Below are positions 43,261-52,116 of a DNA stretch of 64,000 nucleotides, piece after piece. This DNA comes from Anaerolineales bacterium. Lineage in GTDB: Bacteria > Chloroflexota > Anaerolineae > Anaerolineales > E44-bin32. A model generated the notes under the pieces. It did no database searches and had not been told where the DNA came from. It saw only the letters and a program-made list of their open reading frames with translations. Location of the stretch: contig JBFFQB010000001.1 in the NCBI GenBank assembly GCA_041573795.1, forward strand, positions 18,876 to 82,875, read 5' to 3'. The position numbers and the translations under genes are program-made. Position 1 is the first letter of the stretch. Every line of letters begins with the position of its first letter.

Positions 43261-45840
43261 ATGACGTCAAAAACAAGTGTAAGTGAACGCACAAAGGCAT
43301 CGCTCGCGCTGTTGTATTCCATCAGCCGCGAATTAACCGCGCAACTTGATTTGCGTGAATTATTGCAACGTATCCTTCAACTTACACTGCAGGCAGTCGG
43401 ATCCCGGGCGGGGAGCATCCTGGTCCTTGACGAACTAGGACAGGCCAGTGAAGGCGCGATTGCCTTCGAAGGTAAGGTCCACGATCATTCGATGGAGCAA
43501 CTGCGGGACACGTATGAGCATGGCCTTGCGGGTTGGGTGGTTGAGAATCGTCAGGGGGTGTTGATAGAAGACACCCGTAAGGATAAACGCTGGCTGCGAA
43601 AACCGGATGAAGAGGATGGTGATCCAACCTCGGCGATAAGCGTACCCCTGCTAGCCGGTGAGCGAGTTGCCGGCGTATTGACTCTGGCCCGTCGTAAAGG
43701 TGGGCCATTCTCGGAGGATGACCTAGCCTTAGTGACAGCTATTGCTGATCAGGCGGGAATCGCGGTGAGCAACGCTCACCTTTTTCGTGCAGAACAAGAG
43801 CGACGCCGCTTTGCTTCCATTCTCCAGGAAATTGCGCGAACCATCAACCAAACCCTCGAACCAAATCAAGTTTTTGAACAAATCCTGGAACAACTGAAGC
43901 GCATCATTGACTTCGATAGCGCCAGCATTTTCCTGCTTGAAGATCATCTGTTCCGCCCGGTTGCGGTCCTCGGTTTTGAAGATCGAGCGCGGGCGCTGAG
44001 TTTCACGATCTCTCTTGAAAGTGACGCGCTCAGCAAACAGGTCTTCGAAAGCCGAAAACCGCTCGTTGTCGAGGATGTACAGAAGATTGATACTTGGATG
44101 CAGATAGAGGGGCTACCAGAAGCTGAGAAAATTCGCGGTTGGATTGGGGCCCCCTTAATTGTGCGTGATCGCGTGGTCGGAATGCTCAATGTCGACAGCT
44201 ACAAAGTTGCGGCCTATAGCGCCGACGTCATCGACCTGATCGAGGCTTTCGCAGATCAAGCTTCAACAGCGGTAGCGAATGCGCTCCTCTTTGATGAGAG
44301 CCAGCGACGCATTACCTCAATGGCTGCGCTCACCGAAACGGCCACAGTCATCACCGCAAGTTTAGACCTGGATGAAGTGCTACAGCGCATAACGGATCGG
44401 ACGAAAGAGAGCATGGAAGTCGAGGCAGCCTCACTCGCCCTCGTGGACGAGGACGATGGCTCGCTTGTCTATCGCGTCGCAAGCGGGTTTGGTGCAGATA
44501 GAGTCGTGGGGATGCGTTTAATGCCAGGTCAGGGGATTGCCGGATGGGTATTGGATAATGAAGAGGCTGTATTTGCCTCTGATGTTCAGTCTGACCCGCG
44601 CTTTTTCCCGGAGATCGATCAGAAGCTAGGTTTTGAGTCGCGCGTAATCGCATGCGTGCCGATCCAAGTGCAGGATCGAACGATTGGGATCATTGAGGCG
44701 ATCAATCCCCGGCGCAGCAGTTTAAGTCAGGAGCAAATCGACCTGCTTACTGGAATTGCGGGATTGGCGGGTACTGCAATCATTCACGCTCAGTTATTTC
44801 AGCAGACACAATCTGCCCGCCAACGCTATGCAAGTCTATTCGAAGATAATGTCGATAGTATCCTTATCAGTGATCTTGCGGGTCAGGTGACGGATGCCAA
44901 TAAGCGGGCAGAATCATTCTTGGGCTACAACGCGGAGCAAATGCTGGAGCTGTCGATCTTTTCCTTGCATGAGCCAAACCCAAACCATGTACCCGATGAC
45001 CTGACCGAGTTAGATCCCAGCCAAACCATTTCCTATGACAGTCACGTACGCGATAATCGCGGGAGAATGCTTCCGGTTGAAGTGCACGTTAAACGCATGG
45101 CACTTGGTCCGGGGGGCTTTATTCAATGGATCATGAGAGATATTTCCGAGCGCCTTGAGCTTGCTGAGCTTCGAACAGACATGACCTCCATGATCTTTCA
45201 TGACTTGCGCTCACCGTTGGGAAACATTATTTCGAGCCTGGAAGTGCTTCAATCATCCTTTGATGATGAGGACGAAACGATCCAATCAGTCCTCTCCATC
45301 GCCTCCCGATCGAGCCGCAGGGCTTCCAGGCTGGTGGAATCACTGCTCGACCTCGATCGCCTGGAAGCGGAGAAAGCTGTACTGAATAAGACCGAAGCCT
45401 CCATTGGAGGGCTAATTGCAGAGGCGGTAGAGGAGATTCACCCTACCGCAGAGGCACGAGGCCAATTTCTGCGAATGAACCTGGCACCGCGCTTGCCGCC
45501 GGTTTCGATGGATGTCGACATGATCCGGCGTGTGTTAATTAACCTGCTCGAAAACGCAGTTAAATACACACGGGCAGGGGACCATATCGATGTGTCTGCC
45601 AAGAAAGCGGATGATCATCTGGCTGTGAGTGTTCGTGATAATGGGCCAGGCATCTCAGAGAAGGATCGCGACCGCATATTTGACAAATTTTTCCGGTTAA
45701 GTGGCGACTCCCGACCCAAGGGGCTTGGATTGGGCCTGGCATTTTGCCGATTGGCGGTGGAGGCGCATGGGGGGAAGATTTGGGTCGATTCGGAGGAAGG
45801 CCAGGGCTCAACCTTCACGTTCACCCTTCCCTATCTATAA
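43261..45840 (+). CDS. multi-sensor histidine kinase (3x GAF, PAS, HisKA, HATPase_c)
   Basis: 859 aa. Repeated GAF-like blocks. H-box FHDLRSPLGNI, N-box LLENAVKYT, G-boxes DNGPGI and GLGLGLAFC, GSTFTFTLP. Confidence 0.9.
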   Translation: MTSKTSVSERTKASLALLYSISRELTAQLDLRELLQRILQLTLQAVGSRAGSILVLDELGQASEGAIAFEGKVHDHSMEQLRDTYEHGLAGWVVENRQGVLIEDTRKDKRWLRKPDEEDGDPTSAISVPLLAGERVAGVLTLARRKGGPFSEDDLALVTAIADQAGIAVSNAHLFRAEQERRRFASILQEIARTINQTLEPNQVFEQILEQLKRIIDFDSASIFLLEDHLFRPVAVLGFEDRARALSFTISLESDALSKQVFESRKPLVVEDVQKIDTWMQIEGLPEAEKIRGWIGAPLIVRDRVVGMLNVDSYKVAAYSADVIDLIEAFADQASTAVANALLFDESQRRITSMAALTETATVITASLDLDEVLQRITDRTKESMEVEAASLALVDEDDGSLVYRVASGFGADRVVGMRLMPGQGIAGWVLDNEEAVFASDVQSDPRFFPEIDQKLGFESRVIACVPIQVQDRTIGIIEAINPRRSSLSQEQIDLLTGIAGLAGTAIIHAQLFQQTQSARQRYASLFEDNVDSILISDLAGQVTDANKRAESFLGYNAEQMLELSIFSLHEPNPNHVPDDLTELDPSQTISYDSHVRDNRGRMLPVEVHVKRMALGPGGFIQWIMRDISERLELAELRTDMTSMIFHDLRSPLGNIISSLEVLQSSFDDEDETIQSVLSIASRSSRRASRLVESLLDLDRLEAEKAVLNKTEASIGGLIAEAVEEIHPTAEARGQFLRMNLAPRLPPVSMDVDMIRRVLINLLENAVKYTRAGDHIDVSAKKADDHLAVSVRDNGPGISEKDRDRIFDKFFRLSGDSRPKGLGLGLAFCRLAVEAHGGKIWVDSEEGQGSTFTFTLPYL

Positions 45841-45860
45841 GGTTAAGAGCAGTCATTTTC

Positions 45861-46685
45861 ATGCGCAAGATCAAGAAAAATATATACACTGAAAGTAAAT
45901 ATAGCGGTGTTCATCTTGCCTTTGTGGCTACCAGCGAGGGCTTGCTGCTTGTTGATTGTCCCCTCCGTGTCGAAGACACCAAGGAGTGGTTGAGTCAGGT
46001 TAGCGAGTATGGGAAGCCCCGCTACATGGCACTACTTGACGCTCATCCAGACCGTGTGCTGGGTGCACGTGCAATCGAGATCCCTCTTATCGCCCAGGAT
46101 CGCACTCTGGAGACGATTCGAGAGTGGGCAGATACATTCAAGGGAAGTGTTCATCCTATCGGCGCCGAGTCGGACCGCCTGAAGAGGATTACAAGTGTAC
46201 AGCGAGCAGCTCCCGAGGTGGTGTTCACGGACCAAATGGTTATTCAGCTTGGTCATGTCCGTTTTGAATTCCTTCATCGCCCCGGTCCTCAACCGGGCTC
46301 GTCATGGATACTGCTTCCAAAGGAGAAGGTAGCATTTATCGGCGATACCGTCGTCCTAGATGAACCACCCTACGTAGGACATGCCCATTTAAATAGATGG
46401 ATTGATTTGCTTGACGAATTACGGGGATCCACAATGGGCTCATATACGCTGGTATCATCACAAGGTGCACCCATCAGACGAGAGCATATCAACGCCATGG
46501 CTCGTTTTCTTCGTAAAGTTGAACATCGTGTTGCCAAGTTGCTAGGGGGAAAATGGGATGAGGAAGACTTGGAACTCATCGCGGAAGAATTGCTCGAAGA
46601 CTTTACAACGCCAGGTCATCGTCGCGACCAGGCACTCCAGAGGCTAAAGGTCGGTCTCGTAGACCTGAGTGCAAGAGACGGTTAG
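45861..46685 (+). CDS. hypothetical protein, possibly a degenerate metallo-beta-lactamase fold
   Basis: 274 aa. LLLVDCPL...ALLDAHPDRVLGA sits where HxHxDH would be expected. ATG 45861 (the track ORF start 45744 overlaps the HK). Confidence 0.55.
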   Translation: MRKIKKNIYTESKYSGVHLAFVATSEGLLLVDCPLRVEDTKEWLSQVSEYGKPRYMALLDAHPDRVLGARAIEIPLIAQDRTLETIREWADTFKGSVHPIGAESDRLKRITSVQRAAPEVVFTDQMVIQLGHVRFEFLHRPGPQPGSSWILLPKEKVAFIGDTVVLDEPPYVGHAHLNRWIDLLDELRGSTMGSYTLVSSQGAPIRREHINAMARFLRKVEHRVAKLLGGKWDEEDLELIAEELLEDFTTPGHRRDQALQRLKVGLVDLSARDG

Positions 46686-46723
46686 CGCCCGTAATCGACA
46701 AAAATATCCCAAAAGGAAGTTCT

Positions 46724-47803
46724 GTGAAGCGACAAGCCCCATCCAGCGCCGCTGCGCTCATTATTGAAATTACGCGCGGCAATATTGTTGAGTCTGAACA
46801 TCAGGTGTCAATCGCTGTGGTCGATGTCCGAGGACAAAGCGTAATGGCGTTTGGTGATATGAAGAAACCGATCTACCTTCGATCAAGCGCGAAGCCTTTT
46901 CAAGCCCTTCCTCTGGTAGAGCAGGGTTACGCAGAAAGTTTGAAGATCAGCTCTCAGCAGCTCGCAATTCTCTGCGCTTCTCATGCAGGAACCGATCGCC
47001 ATGTAGAAGTTGTTCGAGAAATTCTTGAGAAAAATGATCTCTCGGAAACAGACTTGCAATGTGGATCGCATCCACCCAATGACCGTAATACGGCTGCGAG
47101 ATTGCTCAGCATGGGCGAGCCCTCTTTACCCATACGTCACAATTGCTCGGGAAAACACGCTGGCATGCTGCTGTATTCCCGGGCGGTAAGCGAAGATATC
47201 CAGCTTTATTTGCAACAGGATGGCAAGACTCAGCAAGCCATTCTCGATGTATTCAGCGAGATGGTAGAGGTTCCCAAGCATGAGATTAAGGTTGGTATCG
47301 ATGGTTGTTCAGCACCCAATTTTGCAATCCCGCTCCCGGCTGCGGCCTTCGGGTACGCTCGATTAATGGATCCATCCGCCATGGGTGAGGCGCGAGGAAA
47401 AAGCTGCAATCGAATTGTGGAGGCGATGACCTCTCATCCGGAAATGATTGCAGGTATCGGGAGGTTTGACCGCGAACTTATGCAAGCAGTAAAAGGAAGG
47501 TTGCTTGCGAAGGGAGGGGCGGAGGGCTACCAGGCAATTGGGATCCCTCCCAACCAGATTTCAGGGGGATCGGCACTTGGGATAGCCATCAAAGTTCACG
47601 ATGGGGATAGAGGCAAGCGAGCGATCAGTGTAACCACGCTTGCAGTTTTACGCCTGCTTGGACTCATCACGGCCGAAGAGCAGGCGAATCTTGCTGCCTT
47701 TGATGAACGTCCATTGTTCAACTACAGTAACATTGCGATAGGGAATATTCGCCTGACGGACCAATCCAGAATAAGGCTGCAAGAGGCCTATGAACGGATT
47801 TGA
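46724..47803 (+). CDS. asparaginase family 2 (L-asparaginase II, PF06089-type) protein
   Basis: SSAKPFQALPLVEQG, CASHAGTDRHV, NCSGKHAGML, AKGGAEGY motifs. GTG start with an AAGGAAG RBS. Confidence 0.82.
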   Translation: MKRQAPSSAAALIIEITRGNIVESEHQVSIAVVDVRGQSVMAFGDMKKPIYLRSSAKPFQALPLVEQGYAESLKISSQQLAILCASHAGTDRHVEVVREILEKNDLSETDLQCGSHPPNDRNTAARLLSMGEPSLPIRHNCSGKHAGMLLYSRAVSEDIQLYLQQDGKTQQAILDVFSEMVEVPKHEIKVGIDGCSAPNFAIPLPAAAFGYARLMDPSAMGEARGKSCNRIVEAMTSHPEMIAGIGRFDRELMQAVKGRLLAKGGAEGYQAIGIPPNQISGGSALGIAIKVHDGDRGKRAISVTTLAVLRLLGLITAEEQANLAAFDERPLFNYSNIAIGNIRLTDQSRIRLQEAYERI

Positions 47804-48512
47804 ACGCTTGCAATCAGCTGTGTTCGACCTCATTGGTTATCGTCTGACAGAGTCACAGGCCGAGTCATTTGCATGGTACAGCCAGGAATTGGTCAGCTGG
47901 AATGAACGCTTCAACCTGACCGCAATCACAGACCCCCTTGAAATCGACATAAAACATTTTTTGGATTCGCTTTCTTGTCTGAAGGTTAAATCGTTCCGAC
48001 CCCCGGGAAAAGTAATTGATATCGGGACAGGAGCTGGTTTCCCTGGTATCCCGATCAAGTTGTTATACCCTCAATTTCTAATGACCCTGGTCGAATCGGT
48101 TGGGAAGAAAATCAGCTTCTGTCAGCATGTGAGTGATACGCTTGAGATCAAGGGGATGCAGATCCTACATGCCCGGGCGGAGAGTCTTGGCCGAGAACCT
48201 GAACACAGAGAACAGTATGATTGGGGCTTAGCGCGAGCTGTAGCTGTCGCACCGGTAGTTCTCGAATATATACTCCCGCTTATTCGAGTTGGGGGGAGGG
48301 CGATCCTCCAAAAGGGTGGAACTGGACCTGCAGAGATGCATCAGGCTGAGAAAGCCTTGCGGGTGCTTGGCGCAGAAGTTGATCAGATTGAGACAGTTGA
48401 GTTGCCCGGTGTAGCTGAGCCCCGACATATCATCACATTACGAAAGATCGCGGCGACACCACCTAGATACCCGCGCCGCCCTGGGATGGCAGCCAAAAAA
48501 CCAATCCTCTAG
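47790..48512 (+). CDS. rsmG: 16S rRNA (guanine527-N7)-methyltransferase RsmG
   Basis: WNERFNLTAITDPLEIDIKHFLDSL, IDIGTGAGFPGIPIKL. Overlaps the upstream gene by 14 nt. Confidence 0.9.
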   Translation: MNGFERLQSAVFDLIGYRLTESQAESFAWYSQELVSWNERFNLTAITDPLEIDIKHFLDSLSCLKVKSFRPPGKVIDIGTGAGFPGIPIKLLYPQFLMTLVESVGKKISFCQHVSDTLEIKGMQILHARAESLGREPEHREQYDWGLARAVAVAPVVLEYILPLIRVGGRAILQKGGTGPAEMHQAEKALRVLGAEVDQIETVELPGVAEPRHIITLRKIAATPPRYPRRPGMAAKKPIL

Positions 48513-48537
48513 GACCACCGCGCGTTGGCTGTCCAAA

Positions 48538-49734
48538 CTATACAGCAATCGTCCCAGCATGTACTGTCCAAAGCGAGGCTGCTTGTTGAAAGGCGTCAGT
48601 AAACATGCTGAGGTCAGCCGCAGTAAGAATGGCCTGGCGTGCTGGCTGGATGCGAGCAAGCAAATCGGCGCGACGGGCAGCATCTAATTCTGCAAGGACC
48701 TCATCGAGCAGCAGGATAGGCATCTCTCCTGTTCGCTCCTCTAGCCACTGTATCTCCGCAAGCTTCAAGGCCAACATGGCGGTGCGATTCTGGCCGCGTG
48801 ATCCATACAGTCGTAGATCGATTCCCTGGCTGAGAAGACTGAAGTCGTCACGATGAGGACCGATAGTGGTAACACCGCGGGCAAGCTCTTCCTCTCGATT
48901 TGCACCCAGGGCGGTAAGGAAGCCCTGGCGAACATCTTCCCGTCCAATCGTTGTCCGATCAAGGCGACTGTCGATAGGTAAATTCAACTGTCCCTCTGGC
49001 GTCGAGATAGGGTCATAGGAGGGCAGATATCTCACCTGAAGATCTTCCTTCGCCTGGGTGAGTTGTTCTTGAATCGGTGCCGCAAGGCGCTCAAGCTCAT
49101 GCAATGCCAGCGCTCGCGCCCTGATTAACGTGGCGCCAAGATCGCTGAGTTGTTCATCCCAGAAATCCAACTGGCTATTGTTGTTGCGTCGATCCTGGAG
49201 ATTCTTGAGCAAAGCGTTGCGCTGACTGACCACTTTACTGTAGTCACTTAATGATGCTGCGTAAGCGGGATCGGCTTGCACCAGCGTGCTATCCAGGTAG
49301 CGCCGGCGGTTGCTGGGAGATCCCTCTACAATTTCCATATCCTGCGGCAAGAAAAGGACGGCGTTGAACGTGCCCGCAAGTTCGCGCATGCGCTTTGGCA
49401 AGCCGTTGATCAGGATCTCCTTACGGGGGCGAAATTCTCCCGCCAGATTCTCAAGGGTGAGACGGATTTCAATACGTTGAAGACGATTATGGGCCTCGAC
49501 TTCTGCGACCAGCCGTGCAAAGGCTTGCGGCTGTTCTTGTGCGAGGAAGTTAATCAACTGACGATCGCTGGTGGCATGGGCTGATGATGCGCCGGTAAGG
49601 TAATAGATCGCCTCCAAGAGGCTCGTTTTACCCTGAGCATTGGCGCCAACGAGGATCGTCGCACCAGTCGGGATGTCGAGTTCTAGGCGGGCGAAGTTGC
49701 GAAAATTGGTGAGTGAGAGGTGGTTGAGTAGCAT
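48538..49734 (-). CDS. recF: DNA replication and repair protein RecF
   Basis: MLLNHLSLTNFRNFARLELD...ILVGANAQGKTSLLEAIYYL, YGSRGQNRTAMLALKLAE (SMC signature-like), ILLLDEVLAELD. Confidence 0.93.
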   Translation of the reverse strand: MLLNHLSLTNFRNFARLELDIPTGATILVGANAQGKTSLLEAIYYLTGASSAHATSDRQLINFLAQEQPQAFARLVAEVEAHNRLQRIEIRLTLENLAGEFRPRKEILINGLPKRMRELAGTFNAVLFLPQDMEIVEGSPSNRRRYLDSTLVQADPAYAASLSDYSKVVSQRNALLKNLQDRRNNNSQLDFWDEQLSDLGATLIRARALALHELERLAAPIQEQLTQAKEDLQVRYLPSYDPISTPEGQLNLPIDSRLDRTTIGREDVRQGFLTALGANREEELARGVTTIGPHRDDFSLLSQGIDLRLYGSRGQNRTAMLALKLAEIQWLEERTGEMPILLLDEVLAELDAARRADLLARIQPARQAILTAADLSMFTDAFQQAASLWTVHAGTIAV

Positions 49735-49743
49735 TCCGCAGGG

Positions 49744-49752
49744 ATTGTAGCA
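49744..49752 (-). promoter_or_regulatory. extended -10 element TGCTACAAT 9 nt upstream of the recF ATG (possible leaderless transcript)
   Basis: rc of 49744-49752 = TGCTACAAT. ATG at 49734. No RBS fits in the gap. Confidence 0.4.
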
Positions 49753-49835
49753 TAGGGCGAGGGTGGACAGCAGGCGGAGATGGATGATGTTAAAGCAGAC
49801 AGATTTGTAGGAACAACCTGGGGAGCTTGTGCCCG

Positions 49836-50408
49836 CTACGGGTTCTTGGGTGCGTCTTCCGGTGCAAGAGGGGGATAAGTGAGAGGTGACTCCGAATCGG
49901 AGGTAGTGCTTTCCTCCACCTTGTAGATTTCCGTTGCACGATCGATAAACAGGATCCCGTCGAGGTGATCGATCTCATGCTGAAAGATCCGGGCCAACCA
50001 ACCACGGACTTTTTTCTTGAAAGGTTGACCCTGTCGATTGAGCCCCTTAACGGTGACCCATTCATTGCGCTCGACATTTCCCATGAGTCCAGGAAGAGAC
50101 AAACAACCTTCCGTCCCCACGATAGTTTCATGCGAACGACGGGTGATTTCCGGGTTGATGACGACAAAGAGTTTTGGGGGTAGTTCGGGCGCGTCCGGCT
50201 CGTCAGGATTTCCTTCTGCAAATTCCACCACGATGACACGTTGGCTGATATCAACCTGCGGTGCTGCCAGGCCGACACCGGGGGCGGCGCGCATGGTTTC
50301 CACCATGTCATCCGCAAGCGCTTGGATTGCGGGTGTCACCGCACGAACTTTGGTGGCTTTCTTGCGCAGGGTTGGATTCGGGGGAGTGACGATTTCACGT
50401 AAGGTCAT
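49836..50408 (-). CDS. def: peptide deformylase
   Basis: GVGLAAPQV, EGCLSLPG, HEIDHLDG motifs. The MTLREIVTPPNPTLRKKA N-terminus (ATG 50408) fits the family. Confidence 0.92.
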   Translation of the reverse strand: MTLREIVTPPNPTLRKKATKVRAVTPAIQALADDMVETMRAAPGVGLAAPQVDISQRVIVVEFAEGNPDEPDAPELPPKLFVVINPEITRRSHETIVGTEGCLSLPGLMGNVERNEWVTVKGLNRQGQPFKKKVRGWLARIFQHEIDHLDGILFIDRATEIYKVEESTTSDSESPLTYPPLAPEDAPKNP

Positions 50409-52056
50409 CTTCAGGTACATCCTGGCGGTCGCCAGCAGCGTATTTTTCATGGTAAATATCGAACAATTCTACCATCTCGCCTTGACGCTTCGAGCGGTCA
50501 TGCTCTGCCTTCTTCTGCAGAAAAGCTTCCTGCGCATGGACGATATCTTGCTGGACAGTCACTGGATCAAGCACACCCTCGAAGATGAATTGGGTTGTGC
50601 CTACATTCGCGATCACATCACCGTAGTTCATCAGGATCCCAATCAGCCCTTTGCGATCCACCTCTGTCCCCAATATATTTTCTATAGGCGCGACTTTGCG
50701 CTCCTCGCGGGCAAGCGGTTTTTTGTAGACATCGATAATCTGATCGGGGCTGATCTGATAAATATCGTTGGCCCAATCGACGTAGCGATACAGCCACCAT
50801 AGCGCTCCAGCAGCTAAAAGAGATAGGTTGATCAGGTAGTACAACATAGGCTCAAGCAAGGTGATCATGCCGCCCAAGCGTGCCCCGAGCATGCCGAAGG
50901 AAAGGAGAACCAGAAAGGAGGGAAATCCGATTTCGCGCAAAAGCACCGCCCAATGCTTACGGTAAGTGATCACATCTCCTTGTTCGAAGCGGATACGGAA
51001 ACCCCATTGCCTGCGAGTACCGGGAGGGGCACTAAGGTCATCCTCCTCATCGCTCACGACTTGCAGAGCCGGGTCCTCGACCTGGATGCTTTCGGAGGAG
51101 GCATCGAGACGATCCTGAAGAGCACCCACGAGCGCCTGGCGGTCCGCCTGATCCTGCCTGGCTCTAAGCCGGCGCCAGTTTTCCTCTATCATGGCTGCGA
51201 CCGTTTGTGGTCGACTGATATTACGAAACAGCAACTTGCCTGTATAAGTGCGGATAAGGACATCCCCAAAGGAAAACATGCGACTGGTCATATCCGTGTT
51301 AACCGCGACGGAGAGGATTGTATGCAGAGGTGCCTCACGCCGGCTGTCATAAAGCGCAACGACTTTCTCCAGCCATACGGTTCGCCAGTCAGTAACCAGG
51401 TAGTAATCGTTGCTCCAATCAACCCATTGCCAAATACCGGTCAGCAACCCGGCAAAACCCAGGATGATCGCAAGCCAGGTTGTCCAGGGGCTACCAGCCA
51501 GAAGTGTCCCGAGGATAGACGCGGCAGCCCCAAGGAAAAGGAGGATGGGAAGCAAGAGTTTCTGATAGAGGATGAAATTGTTCTTGCGGGTGAGGATGTA
51601 GATGCTTTCGCCTTCCCTAAGCCATTTGAAATTGAGCCTGCGTGCGAGAAGTTGACCCTGTGCAATGAATTGCAGGTCGGCAAGGGCCTCAGAATGAGAT
51701 TTCATGAAATCTGTAAGCACAAGCCGATCCCAACGCAAGACCTTTACTTCATCGCTAGCAATGACGGTGTGAATCCGTGGTTGGCGGTAAACCATTTCCA
51801 CTTCGCCAACGAGATCACCGGGGTAGCGCAGCCCAAAGGTTTGTGGTGTTTCTCCCTCGGTACTTCTCTGTAACGTCACCTGTCCATTGAGGAGAATGTA
51901 AAGCGCATCCGGCGCTGAGCCTTGTTTATAGATCACATCCCCGGCATTAAAATCCTCGACGGGGAGAGTTTCCGCCAAAGCTGATAATGATTCGGACGGC
52001 ATTTCGCGCAAGATGAGCACATGCTCAAGGAGAGCGACAATTGCTTCAAATCTCAT
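50395..52056 (-). CDS. cyclic-nucleotide-binding domain protein fused to a YdbT-like membrane module with two bacterial PH (bPH_2) domains
   Basis: 553 aa. N-terminal cNMP fold (FNAGDVIYKQGSAPDALYILLNGQV...GDLVGEVEM). Two TM hairpins, each followed by DW(S/A)NDxY... bPH-like segments. Confidence 0.8.
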   Translation of the reverse strand: MRFEAIVALLEHVLILREMPSESLSALAETLPVEDFNAGDVIYKQGSAPDALYILLNGQVTLQRSTEGETPQTFGLRYPGDLVGEVEMVYRQPRIHTVIASDEVKVLRWDRLVLTDFMKSHSEALADLQFIAQGQLLARRLNFKWLREGESIYILTRKNNFILYQKLLLPILLFLGAAASILGTLLAGSPWTTWLAIILGFAGLLTGIWQWVDWSNDYYLVTDWRTVWLEKVVALYDSRREAPLHTILSVAVNTDMTSRMFSFGDVLIRTYTGKLLFRNISRPQTVAAMIEENWRRLRARQDQADRQALVGALQDRLDASSESIQVEDPALQVVSDEEDDLSAPPGTRRQWGFRIRFEQGDVITYRKHWAVLLREIGFPSFLVLLSFGMLGARLGGMITLLEPMLYYLINLSLLAAGALWWLYRYVDWANDIYQISPDQIIDVYKKPLAREERKVAPIENILGTEVDRKGLIGILMNYGDVIANVGTTQFIFEGVLDPVTVQQDIVHAQEAFLQKKAEHDRSKRQGEMVELFDIYHEKYAAGDRQDVPEDDLT

Positions 52057-52063
52057 GACAACG

Positions 52064-52072
52064 ATTGTAGCA
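52064..52072 (-). promoter_or_regulatory. extended -10 element TGCTACAAT 7 nt upstream of ATG 52056 (possible leaderless transcript)
   Basis: rc of 52064-52072 = TGCTACAAT. The gap CGTTGTC (7 nt) precedes the ATG. Confidence 0.4.
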
Positions 52073-52100
52073 TGCAGATAGTGTCGGCGCGTGACGCTAT

Positions 52101-52108
52101 GCTATAAT
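52101..52108 (+). promoter_or_regulatory. extended -10 element TGCTATAAT upstream of ftsK (8 nt before TTG 52117, 20 nt before GTG 52129)
   Basis: ATGCTATAATCGCC at 52099-52112, in the divergent intergenic region. Confidence 0.4.
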
Positions 52109-52116
52109 CGCCGCGC

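Noticed and set aside
50038-51873. Long plus-strand ORFs 50038-50802 (254 aa) and 50953-51873 (306 aa)
   Set aside because: They are antisense to def and the cNMP/bPH gene, both of which have strong family motifs. The products are low-complexity and lack an RBS.
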